Positions 8,372 through 16,009 of a stretch of DNA of 54,507 bases are shown piece after piece. The stretch's first letter is position 1. Each line of letters starts with the position of its first letter. The DNA is taken from assembly GCA_946623785.1 (NCBI GenBank), contig CAMORM010000003.1, forward strand, positions 1 through 54,507, in the 5' to 3' direction. The notes under the pieces were generated by a model. That model worked only from the letters and a program-made list of their open reading frames with translations, was not told the DNA's origin and searched no databases. Both the position numbers and the translations under genes were made by a program. Origin of the DNA: an uncultured Verrucomicrobiota bacterium. Its GTDB lineage: Bacteria; Verrucomicrobiota; Kiritimatiellia; RFP12; UBA1067.

Positions 8372-9483
8372 CCGACATGAACTTCAAGCCCTCTCCGCTG
8401 ATGCTCCTCGGAATAGGCGGGGCCGGCGGCACAATAGCGACAAACGTAGCGCGCTCCTACGGCGGGGCGATGCGGATGCTCGTGCTGGACACGGATGCGC
8501 GCTCGACGACGGGGGCGAACGAATCGGCGCTTGTGCTGCTAGGCGCGAACAGGCTTTCCGGCCACGGGGCAGGGGGCAATGTAAACGACGCACGCATGGC
8601 GGTGCGCGACGAACTCGCGTCGGGCGTCCTCAACGAACGCATGGCCGGAGTGCGGACCGCGGTGGTTGTTGCCGGGCTTGGCGGCGGAACGGGTGGAGGC
8701 GTGGCCGTCGAAACCATCCAGCACCTCCGCCGAAACGGCATTACAACCCTGCTTTTCGCCACCATGCCGTTTTCGTTTGAAGGCGAGGCGTGCCGCAAGC
8801 GCGCCACTTCCGTGCGGCCAATCCTCGAGGCCGAAGCCGACATCTCGGTTTTCATTGAGCTCGACAAGCTCGTGGCGTCCCTTGCAACGGACAACATGTC
8901 AGAGGCGTTCAGGCTCGGGACGGAAACGCTCTCCGCCGGCATCACACTGCTATGGCGCCTGCTAGAAAAGCCAGGATACATCAAGCTAGACCCAGAGCGC
9001 CTCCGCAAGCTCATGCTCGACGGCGGCCCTGCGCGGTTCGCAACTGCGACAGCCTCCGGCGAAAGGCGCGACGAGAAGATCGTCGCAGCGCTCAAGGCGT
9101 CCCCCCTTCTCAACAGCACGTCCTCCGTGCATACGCGCGCGATGATCGTGGGCGTTCTTGCTGGCGACGACCTGCGCCTTTCCGAGGTCGGGCTCATCGC
9201 GAACGAACTTCAGTTCAACTTCGCCGCAAACGCCGAGCTTTCGCTCGGCACCGTCAACGACGAGGCCTCCTTCGGCGGCAAGATCGTCGCCGTTGTGCTC
9301 CTCTTCGGCGAAGGCAGCCGCTCGGCCGCCAAGCGCGACGCCGGCACCGCACGATTCCACGGCGGAATCACGAACGGCCCGCAGGGACGCGGCAGGTTCC
9401 ACAACTCCGAGAAGACGACCTGGAACGGAATGGACCTGGACATCCCGACCTACGTCAGGCAGAACATCACGCTCGACAGGTAG
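8368..9483 (+). CDS. ftsZ: Divergent FtsZ (tubulin/FtsZ GTPase family)
   Basis: GIGGAGG, DTD, GHGAGGN, AGLGGGTGGG, PFSFEG and C-terminal peptide DLDIPTYVR. ATGA overlap with ftsA. T7 loop is atypical. Confidence 0.88.
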   Translation: MTDMNFKPSPLMLLGIGGAGGTIATNVARSYGGAMRMLVLDTDARSTTGANESALVLLGANRLSGHGAGGNVNDARMAVRDELASGVLNERMAGVRTAVVVAGLGGGTGGGVAVETIQHLRRNGITTLLFATMPFSFEGEACRKRATSVRPILEAEADISVFIELDKLVASLATDNMSEAFRLGTETLSAGITLLWRLLEKPGYIKLDPERLRKLMLDGGPARFATATASGERRDEKIVAALKASPLLNSTSSVHTRAMIVGVLAGDDLRLSEVGLIANELQFNFAANAELSLGTVNDEASFGGKIVAVVLLFGEGSRSAAKRDAGTARFHGGITNGPQGRGRFHNSEKTTWNGMDLDIPTYVRQNITLDR

Positions 9484-9491
9484 TTCTCCAA

Positions 9492-11339
9492 GTGGCCGTC
9501 GACTCACATGTGAGACTTCTCCCAACCCAGGTGGCGAACAAGATCGCCGCCGGCGAGGTGGTGGAGCGTCCGGCTTCGGTGGTCAAGGAGCTTCTCGAAA
9601 ACGCGATAGACGCCGGGGCTACGCGGATAGACGTGGCTGTGACGCAAGGCGGCAGGAAGCTCGTGTCGGTCCGTGACGACGGATGCGGGATGTGCCGCCA
9701 GGACGCGCTCATGTCGCTCGAACGGCAGGCTACGAGCAAGATACGCGACGTCGACGACATCGAGCGCATCGCAACCCTCGGCTTCCGCGGAGAGGCGATA
9801 CCATCCATCGCGTCAGTCTCCCGCTTCACGCTCGTCACCCGCACGCAGGAGCAGGAGTCAGGCACCCGCATACAGGTCAACGCTGGAGTCGTCGCGGAGG
9901 TTTCGGACGCAGGAGCCCCGGCCGGGACGCTCGTGGAGGTCCGTGACCTCTTCTGCAACGTGCCTGCAAGGCGCAAGTTCCTGCGCTCGTACCAAACCGA
10001 GGAGAACCACGTAAGGAACGTCTTCACCGTCCATGCGCTCGCGCATCCAAACATAGGCTTTTCCCTTTCCATCGACGGACGCGAGCTATACCGGCTCCCC
10101 CCGGGCGCAACCCTCGACGAACGCATCGGGGAGCTCTTCGGCCGCGACGAGGTGAGCTCCCTCGCGCCGTGCTCGTACGAGAGGGACGGCATCCGCGTGA
10201 CAGGCTACATCGGCCGCCCCAACCGCGCAGACACTTCTGTCCGCCGCGAGCAGTACGTGTTCGTAAACGGGCGGCCCGCCACGGCCGCGGCGATTTCGTA
10301 TGCGTTCAAGGAGGCGTATCCGCGCCAGCAGGGGGATTCGAGGCCTGCAGCAGTCATGTTCATCGACCTCCCGCCAAGCGACGTCGACGTAAACGTCCAC
10401 CCGGCGAAGCGCGAGGTCCGATTCCGCAGGAACGCCGAGGTGAAGGCAGCTGTAGAAGAAGCCATACGAGGCGCTATCGGCGGCGCGCGTGTATCCGAGC
10501 CCACGCCGCCTCCTGATGCGGCCGATCCTGCGCTCACGCCAGGCGCCGTACAGCCTTCGCTGCCAGTACAGCCGCAGCGGCAAGACGCCCCGCCACAGCC
10601 GCAGACCTGGCAGACTTTCCCCGGCCACGCCAGCCTGGCCACCCCGACCGCCCCGCAACGCGTCCCTCAGCAGCTTCCGCCCTCTCCGTCAGCGGACGAG
10701 GGGCTTGAAGCGCCTGAAGCCCCGCGGCAGCAGGAAGCGCCCTCTTTCCAGACGGACCACGAAAACGCGCCGTGGCGCTATTTCAAGTTCCTCGCTATTT
10801 CGGAAAGCGGCTACATCGTCATCGAGACAGACGCCGGACTTGTCCTCGTGAATCCGCAGTCCGCAATGGAGCGCATCGTATTCGAGAAGCTGTGCGAAAG
10901 CACAAGGGTCGTATCGCAGCCGCTTCTCATTCCGAAGACCATTCACTTCAACCCGTTCGAGTCTGCGCGCATAAAGAGCTTCCTTGGCGCGATTACCGCC
11001 GCGGGGTTCCAGCTTGAGGAATTCGGCCCAGACACCTGGAAGGTCGACGCCGAGCCGCAGTTGCTTGGCGACGCCGATCCAGGAGACGCACTCGCTTCGA
11101 TAGCTGCAGACCTGGAATATGCCGGCGCCAAGCGCGGAGGGGCGAAATGGCGCGAGGAAGCTGTCGCAAGATCCGTTGCGCGCACATGCGCTGGAACAAT
11201 GGCGAAGCTCACGCCGGAGACAGCCATCAGGCTTGTGGAGGACCTGGCAGGAGCGCGGATGCCATACGTTTGCCCACGCGGGAAGCCAGTGATGATATTC
11301 ATGTCGAACCGCGAGCTGGACCGCAAGTTCGGCAAGTAG
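9492..11339 (+). CDS. mutL: DNA mismatch repair protein MutL
   Basis: GTG start; VANKIAAGEVVERPASVVKELLENAIDAG, ATSKI, LGFRGEAI, DVNVHPAKREVRF; Pro/Gln-rich linker; C-terminal CPRGKP. Confidence 0.96.
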   Translation: MAVDSHVRLLPTQVANKIAAGEVVERPASVVKELLENAIDAGATRIDVAVTQGGRKLVSVRDDGCGMCRQDALMSLERQATSKIRDVDDIERIATLGFRGEAIPSIASVSRFTLVTRTQEQESGTRIQVNAGVVAEVSDAGAPAGTLVEVRDLFCNVPARRKFLRSYQTEENHVRNVFTVHALAHPNIGFSLSIDGRELYRLPPGATLDERIGELFGRDEVSSLAPCSYERDGIRVTGYIGRPNRADTSVRREQYVFVNGRPATAAAISYAFKEAYPRQQGDSRPAAVMFIDLPPSDVDVNVHPAKREVRFRRNAEVKAAVEEAIRGAIGGARVSEPTPPPDAADPALTPGAVQPSLPVQPQRQDAPPQPQTWQTFPGHASLATPTAPQRVPQQLPPSPSADEGLEAPEAPRQQEAPSFQTDHENAPWRYFKFLAISESGYIVIETDAGLVLVNPQSAMERIVFEKLCESTRVVSQPLLIPKTIHFNPFESARIKSFLGAITAAGFQLEEFGPDTWKVDAEPQLLGDADPGDALASIAADLEYAGAKRGGAKWREEAVARSVARTCAGTMAKLTPETAIRLVEDLAGARMPYVCPRGKPVMIFMSNRELDRKFGK

Positions 11340-11432
11340 CCGGAGTCCCAGGCGCACATCAAGCGCCCATTCACCTCCCGACGCCAGACGTCCGCTTCCG
11401 CAAAGGGCTTTCCAGCATCAGCGGCGAGAACG

Positions 11433-12002
11433 TCAGTAGCCCATGGCGTGGATCGTCTCGCGGGCGGTGGCGTTCTCCTTCTGGATCACCTTGTTGGCCA
11501 CCGAGAAGGCATTGTCGCGCTTCGTTACGTAGCTCTGCACCTGTATCATGTTCTGCTGGAGCTCGTTGTTCTCCGTGTCTAGCGCGGCCTGGACGTCCGC
11601 CTGCTTGTAATAGGCGACCTTGTACGTGACCTGCCCGCCGGAAAGCGACATCTGCTTGATCCCGTAGGCGGCAAGCAGCTCGTTCGCGCGCGTGAGCTTC
11701 GAAGAGTCGATGCCGCTCTTCTTGGACGTATCGTTGTCCTTCGGGTCCATCGACCCGATGGCTTCGGTTATCGTCGAGAGGACCTCGGCGAGGTCGCTCA
11801 CCTTCCGCTGGCGGTTTTCGATGGCGGCGTTGAGCGCGGGGAGTATCGACTCGATCGCCTCCGACTGCTGCAGCGAAGCCAGTGCGAGCGCGAGCGAATG
11901 GTCCACGGACTTGCCGTCGAACGAGTAGTTGCGTATCTTCACTCCGTAGACGTTTTCGTCCACAACCGAGCTGAAACTCGTCTGTATCGGCATCGTGGCC
12001 AT
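11433..12002 (-). CDS. Putative T3SS needle-tip/filament protein (SctA; Bsp22/EspA-like)
   Basis: All-helical 189 aa with no signal peptide. C-terminal helix LDTENNELQQNMIQVQSYVTKRDNAFSVANKVIQK resembles the Bsp22/EspA-class C-terminus. Last gene after the two translocators. Confidence 0.6.
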   Translation of the reverse strand: MATMPIQTSFSSVVDENVYGVKIRNYSFDGKSVDHSLALALASLQQSEAIESILPALNAAIENRQRKVSDLAEVLSTITEAIGSMDPKDNDTSKKSGIDSSKLTRANELLAAYGIKQMSLSGGQVTYKVAYYKQADVQAALDTENNELQQNMIQVQSYVTKRDNAFSVANKVIQKENATARETIHAMGY

Positions 12003-12023
12003 TCGCCCGCTCCCTTCCTTTGC

Positions 12024-13565
12024 TTACGCCCTGATGATTCCCTCGATCGTCTGAGACTCCTTGGAGACGACAGACGCGAAGAGCTCGAAGGTCTTCTGGA
12101 TCACAGACAGCTCCTGCTGCATGAGGTCCTTGATCTGGTCGAGCTGGTCTTCGGTCATCTTCTGCTCCGCCTGGAGCTCGATGGCCTCGGCGCCCATGAT
12201 CTGCTGCAGCGAGGAGACAAGCTGCTGCCCGTACTGCCCGATCGTCATGTTGAGCGTCTGGATCATCTGGAGCTGCATGATCGAGCGCTGGTTCTTCGTG
12301 GCCTCGATGCCGCTCTGCGACTTGGTGGTTGCCTGCGCGTAGCGCATATCGGCCGCAGTCTTCAGGTCGGTCTCCGCCGAGGCAGGCAGGTCGCCGTTGC
12401 TGCGCATGTTCGCGATCGTCGCCACCTGCTTCGCGCGTGCGATCTCGAGCTGGTTCTCGGCCTTCGTGAGCTCGGCCTTGGTCTCCGGCGAGATCTTGCC
12501 TTTCGTCTCCAGCTCGACGTTGGCGCGCGAGCGCACTGCGTCGTACTTGGCGGCGTACGCGTCGACGTCCTTCTGGAGCGCCGCGGGAACGGCTTCCTTC
12601 GCCTTCGTGACGCCAGCCTCTGCCTCCGCCACTTTTTCGGTGCACTTGGCGACCTTTTCGTCGGCGTTCTGCACCGCCGCCTCCTTCGCCTTGACCGTCT
12701 CCATCGCCTGGGCTCGATCCTTGATCGAGTATTGCCCGCCCTCGGGCTTGTTCCTGACTTCGCCGGTGGCGATCTTGCGGGCGGCGTCGAGCTCCGTGCG
12801 CGCCGTCTGCGCTTCGGCCTGAGCCTGCTGGAGCTCCTCTCGGGCGGTGGTGAGATTCCCGTCGGCCTGGTTGACTTCTGTTCGCGCGGCTTCGCCGTTC
12901 GACATCCTCGTCTCGGCCCAGAGCTCCGGGTTCTGCTTGGCGACCTTCATCGCCTGCATGTTCGCGGCCTGGTTGTCGGAGACGTTCTGCGCCATGCGCG
13001 ACTGCTTGTCGTACACGCCGACTCCGTTCTGCTCCATCACCTTGCTCTGGGTCGACATCTGCTTGACGGTGCCGGCCGTAAGGGCGGCGGTCACAACGCC
13101 CTGCACGGTGCAGAGCACCGCGCCTGCGATGGCGGCCGTCGTTGCGGCGTAGCGCTGGACCTCGGCCTGCTGCTTGAGGTTCATCTGGATGGCCTGGTTC
13201 TCGAGCTGGCGGACCTCGCGCAGCGCGTTGCGCATCTTCTGCGAGATCTCCTGTATGAGCGACATCAGAGCGTAGACGTCGAACATCACCTTCTTGCCGT
13301 GCTGCGCCGAAAGCGTGGAGGTGAGCTTGTCCGAAAGCGACTTCAGACAAGCCTCCATGTCCTCGAGCGACGTGAGGTTGGCGTCATCGATAACCGGGAG
13401 GCTGGCCTCGTTTGCAACGGAAGCGCGGACCTCCTGGAAGCGGACGGCAGCGGCGTCGCTCGCCTCCTGCGTCTGCGATGCGCCCTGCACGCCTTCAGCG
13501 CCCGGGGCGACCGTCGACAAGTCGGTGTTCGGCCTCATGTAGCCGTAGTTGCCTTCAATACCCAT
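12024..13565 (-). CDS. Putative T3SS minor translocator SctB (YopD/IpaC/BopD-like)
   Basis: Start MGIEGNYG after SD GAAGGAG. Segment FDVYALMSLIQEISQKMRNALREVRQ, then one hydrophobic stretch (AATTAAIAGAVLCTVQGVVTAAL), a long coiled coil and an amphipathic C-terminus. Lies directly after sctE. Confidence 0.75.
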   Translation of the reverse strand: MGIEGNYGYMRPNTDLSTVAPGAEGVQGASQTQEASDAAAVRFQEVRASVANEASLPVIDDANLTSLEDMEACLKSLSDKLTSTLSAQHGKKVMFDVYALMSLIQEISQKMRNALREVRQLENQAIQMNLKQQAEVQRYAATTAAIAGAVLCTVQGVVTAALTAGTVKQMSTQSKVMEQNGVGVYDKQSRMAQNVSDNQAANMQAMKVAKQNPELWAETRMSNGEAARTEVNQADGNLTTAREELQQAQAEAQTARTELDAARKIATGEVRNKPEGGQYSIKDRAQAMETVKAKEAAVQNADEKVAKCTEKVAEAEAGVTKAKEAVPAALQKDVDAYAAKYDAVRSRANVELETKGKISPETKAELTKAENQLEIARAKQVATIANMRSNGDLPASAETDLKTAADMRYAQATTKSQSGIEATKNQRSIMQLQMIQTLNMTIGQYGQQLVSSLQQIMGAEAIELQAEQKMTEDQLDQIKDLMQQELSVIQKTFELFASVVSKESQTIEGIIRA

Positions 13566-13626
13566 TTTCTCTTCTCCTTCACCCCGTCCCGGGGCAGTTA
13601 TTGTTGCTAAAACCTTGGTGGACGGC

Positions 13627-14865
13627 TTACGCCATCTGCCCGAGCTGATTGGCGATTTCCTTCTGTGCGTCGTACTCCGAGTTGAGCACGTCGAACATGT
13701 GGGACATGAGGTCGTTGACCTTAGCGAGTATCTCCTCGAGCTCCTCCTGCGTCTCGTCCAGCATCTGCTGGATGAGCTGCAGCCAGGACTTCGCGTCAGT
13801 GACGTCAGCGGACGTTGTCGCGCTGTCGTACTGTGCGCTGATGTTGTATCCCTGCACACCGAGTCCACCCGCAGAGAAGATCGTCCCGCCGAGGAACATT
13901 GCGTACGAGGCGTTCGCCGTGTTCGCGATGATGCCAAACTTGCTGAGCGCGGCGATCAGCCCCGAGCCGCCGACGATGCCGGTGCCGAGCTGAAGCCCCA
14001 TGACCACCACGCCGGACACGATCTGCGCCCACATCTTGGCCTTCTGCGTGTCGAGGCCGAATGTGCTCTTCAGGCTGTCCGCCAGGGCGCTGTTGATCTT
14101 CTCCATTCCGCCGGTCTCGTTTAGTATCTGCGATGTAACCGCTATCACGGCGGAGGCGATCGCCATCGCAGCCTTGAAGGTGGTGAGCGCGCCAACGGCC
14201 ACGCCTGCCGCAGTGGCGCCTCCGGCCGCGGCTCCAGCGGCCGCAGCTGCACCAGCACCAGCCGCAGCAGCACCCGCTGCGCCCGCAGCAGCGCCTCCGG
14301 CGGCACCTGCGCCGGCCGCCGCGGAAACGGCCACGCCTGCGCCGGCCGCCGCTGGGGCCGCGCCCGCGCCAAACGTCGCAACGGACACAACGATGGCCAC
14401 GATGACTGCCAGCGCGGCGCCGGCCCAGCCGAGGATCTTCGACAGGAGCGCTGTCTTCGCGGCCTTGTCCATGGCCCTGAGGTTCTTGGCGATCTTGTCG
14501 CGCATGTCGGTATGGCGGCTCGATATCATGTCCTTCTCGGAGTCGATGCGCTCCTGCTGGATTTTCGCCAGATTGTCGTCGGTCTCGAGCTGGAGGTACA
14601 TGATGAGCTTCAGGAGGATGTCGTCCATGGAGTTCACCTTCACCGCCTCGTCGATCTCCGGGGCGTCAAGGGCGGGCCCTGGGCCGGCAACGCCGCCAGG
14701 CGCGGCTCCCTTGACGTTGAGGTTCCCCTTCGCCTCGATGATCGCCCCGAGCGCGGCGGAGGCGATGGCGTTGATTTCGTCGGACTTCGCCTGCATCATC
14801 TCAGGCGTCACGCCGCGGTAGCCAAGCTCCGTGGCCAACGAGTTTGTAAGTTCGTCGATCTTCAT
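13627..14865 (-). CDS. T3SS major translocator SctE (IpaB/SipB/YopB-like)
   Basis: Coiled coil, then KAAKTALLSKILGWAGAALAVIVAIVVSVATFGAG, further hydrophobic segments and a C-terminal coiled coil (ADVTDAKSWLQLIQQMLDETQEEL). Candidate chaperone-binding motif PALDAP. SD GGGGAGG. Confidence 0.85.
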   Translation of the reverse strand: MKIDELTNSLATELGYRGVTPEMMQAKSDEINAIASAALGAIIEAKGNLNVKGAAPGGVAGPGPALDAPEIDEAVKVNSMDDILLKLIMYLQLETDDNLAKIQQERIDSEKDMISSRHTDMRDKIAKNLRAMDKAAKTALLSKILGWAGAALAVIVAIVVSVATFGAGAAPAAAGAGVAVSAAAGAGAAGGAAAGAAGAAAAGAGAAAAAGAAAGGATAAGVAVGALTTFKAAMAIASAVIAVTSQILNETGGMEKINSALADSLKSTFGLDTQKAKMWAQIVSGVVVMGLQLGTGIVGGSGLIAALSKFGIIANTANASYAMFLGGTIFSAGGLGVQGYNISAQYDSATTSADVTDAKSWLQLIQQMLDETQEELEEILAKVNDLMSHMFDVLNSEYDAQKEIANQLGQMA

Positions 14866-14885
14866 TTCATGCCTCCCCTCTTAAG

Positions 14886-15383
14886 TCAGCCGACGAGCTT
14901 CTCCAGCTTCGCCGCCTTCGCCGCGTACTTGCGGCCAAGTTCCGTCTTCATGTCCGCGAAGTGCTTCACATGCTCGATGGCGCTCTTCGCGTTCTCCCTG
15001 TCGCCAAGCGCAAGATAGCACTCGGCGGCATAGTACGATGCCTTTACGTTCTCGATGTCGAGATTGACGACGACGTTCGCGTACGCCTCGATCGCCTCCT
15101 TGAAGCGCTTCTGCACCTGGCGGACCGCACCGAGGCCGATCCAGTACTTTGGGTTGAGGTGGTCGAAGATCACCAGGAACTTGAAGATCGTCTCGGCGTC
15201 GTCGTAGCGGCCGGTCATGTAGAAGTTGTGCGCCACGGAATAGACGGCGTTCATCTCCTCGTCGTTTATCCCCTTGGCCTCGCGCACAGTGGTGAGCCCC
15301 TTCTCGATCAGTTCGCCGAACTCCTTGCTCGTCATGACCTTGTTGAACTCATCTACCGCCTTTGCCATTTCCTTCTCGTTCAT
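14886..15383 (-). CDS. T3SS class II translocator chaperone (SycD/LcrH/IpgC family, TPR)
   Basis: GINDEEMNAVYSVAHNFYMTGRYDDAETIFKFLVIFDHLNPKYWIGLGAVRQVQKRFKEAIEAYA...YYAAECYLALGD; about 165 aa, typical of the family. Confidence 0.95.
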   Translation of the reverse strand: MNEKEMAKAVDEFNKVMTSKEFGELIEKGLTTVREAKGINDEEMNAVYSVAHNFYMTGRYDDAETIFKFLVIFDHLNPKYWIGLGAVRQVQKRFKEAIEAYANVVVNLDIENVKASYYAAECYLALGDRENAKSAIEHVKHFADMKTELGRKYAAKAAKLEKLVG

Positions 15384-15426
15384 CTTAGCTGTCCTTTCTT
15401 GTTGTTAAAACTGGTTTAGCCATCCA

Positions 15427-15864
15427 TCAAACATACGACGGCTTCTCGAGAGCGACCGCCATCTCCAGCGCCGCCTTGTCCCCGGCGGAGATGCCGAATG
15501 TCTCGAACTTCTTCAGGGCCTCCCTGTAGTCGATCTCCTGGTCCTGCAGCTTCTTGCGGAGCTCCTCAAGCTCTTCGAGCCTGCGCTCTGCCTCCTCGCG
15601 CTCCTCCTCCGTGACGCCCATGTTCTTCGCCACCTGCTTCATCGCGTCGAACTTCTGGTCGATCCACGACGACACAAGCTCCTGCGCGGAGATGTTCCTC
15701 GCCTCGAATCCCTCTAGAAAGTTTCTGTCGTTCATGATCTTGAGGCTCTCGCCGATCATGAGTTTCCCGCTCTTTGCCTGCACGGGCTTGAGATCGTCCT
15801 TCACCTCGGCAGCGAGAACTGCTCCCGAATTGGTCTTGCTGGCTACGTTCAATGTTGCGTCCAT
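15427..15864 (-). CDS. Hypothetical charged coiled-coil protein, first gene of the translocon operon
   Basis: Strong SD (GAAAGGAG), host-like codon usage and EEEREEAERRLEELEELRKKLQ; no recognisable family. Confidence 0.75.
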   Translation of the reverse strand: MDATLNVASKTNSGAVLAAEVKDDLKPVQAKSGKLMIGESLKIMNDRNFLEGFEARNISAQELVSSWIDQKFDAMKQVAKNMGVTEEEREEAERRLEELEELRKKLQDQEIDYREALKKFETFGISAGDKAALEMAVALEKPSYV

Positions 15865-15886
15865 AGTATGCTCTCCTTTCGTGCGG

Positions 15887-15915
15887 TATACGCAGAAGGA
15901 TGAAAGTAGGTTACA
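15887..15915 (-). promoter_or_regulatory. Candidate ECF-sigma promoter TGTAAC-N17-CGTATA for the translocon operon
   Basis: Minus strand reads agtttTGTAACctactttcatccttctgCGTATAccgcacGAAAGGAG...ATG, matching the generic ECF AAC/CGT pattern. Confidence 0.55.
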
Positions 15916-16009
15916 AAACTATTTCAAAATTTTCAAATTTTATATTTATGCCAAAAGCCACAACACATAAACGACGAAATCCATCGGTTTTAGTCATTTT
16001 TCGCCATTT

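Noticed and set aside
8952-9491. N-terminal extensions in the ORF track for mutL (also sctB to 13937, DUF1846 to 52093, the GH to 54236, subunit I to 31129 and the polyferredoxin to 1053)
   Set aside because: They overlap upstream genes in another frame; homology and SD/overlap patterns place the starts downstream. They are not fusions.
11371-13610. Long alternative ORFs over the translocator genes (11371..13350 -, 11898..13610 +)
   Set aside because: Arg/Gly-rich or antisense shadow frames typical of high-GC coding DNA; the true frames have SDs and recognisable motifs.
11433-14865. Flagellar, phage tape-measure or PE-PGRS interpretation of the helical Ala-rich ORFs
   Set aside because: No flagellin terminal motifs or phage genes; the adjacent SycD/LcrH chaperone and the hydrophobic pattern fit translocators better.
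15940-15960. Sigma54 promoter (TTGGCAT) upstream of the translocon operon
   Set aside because: The -12 TTGC element is missing at the required spacing.
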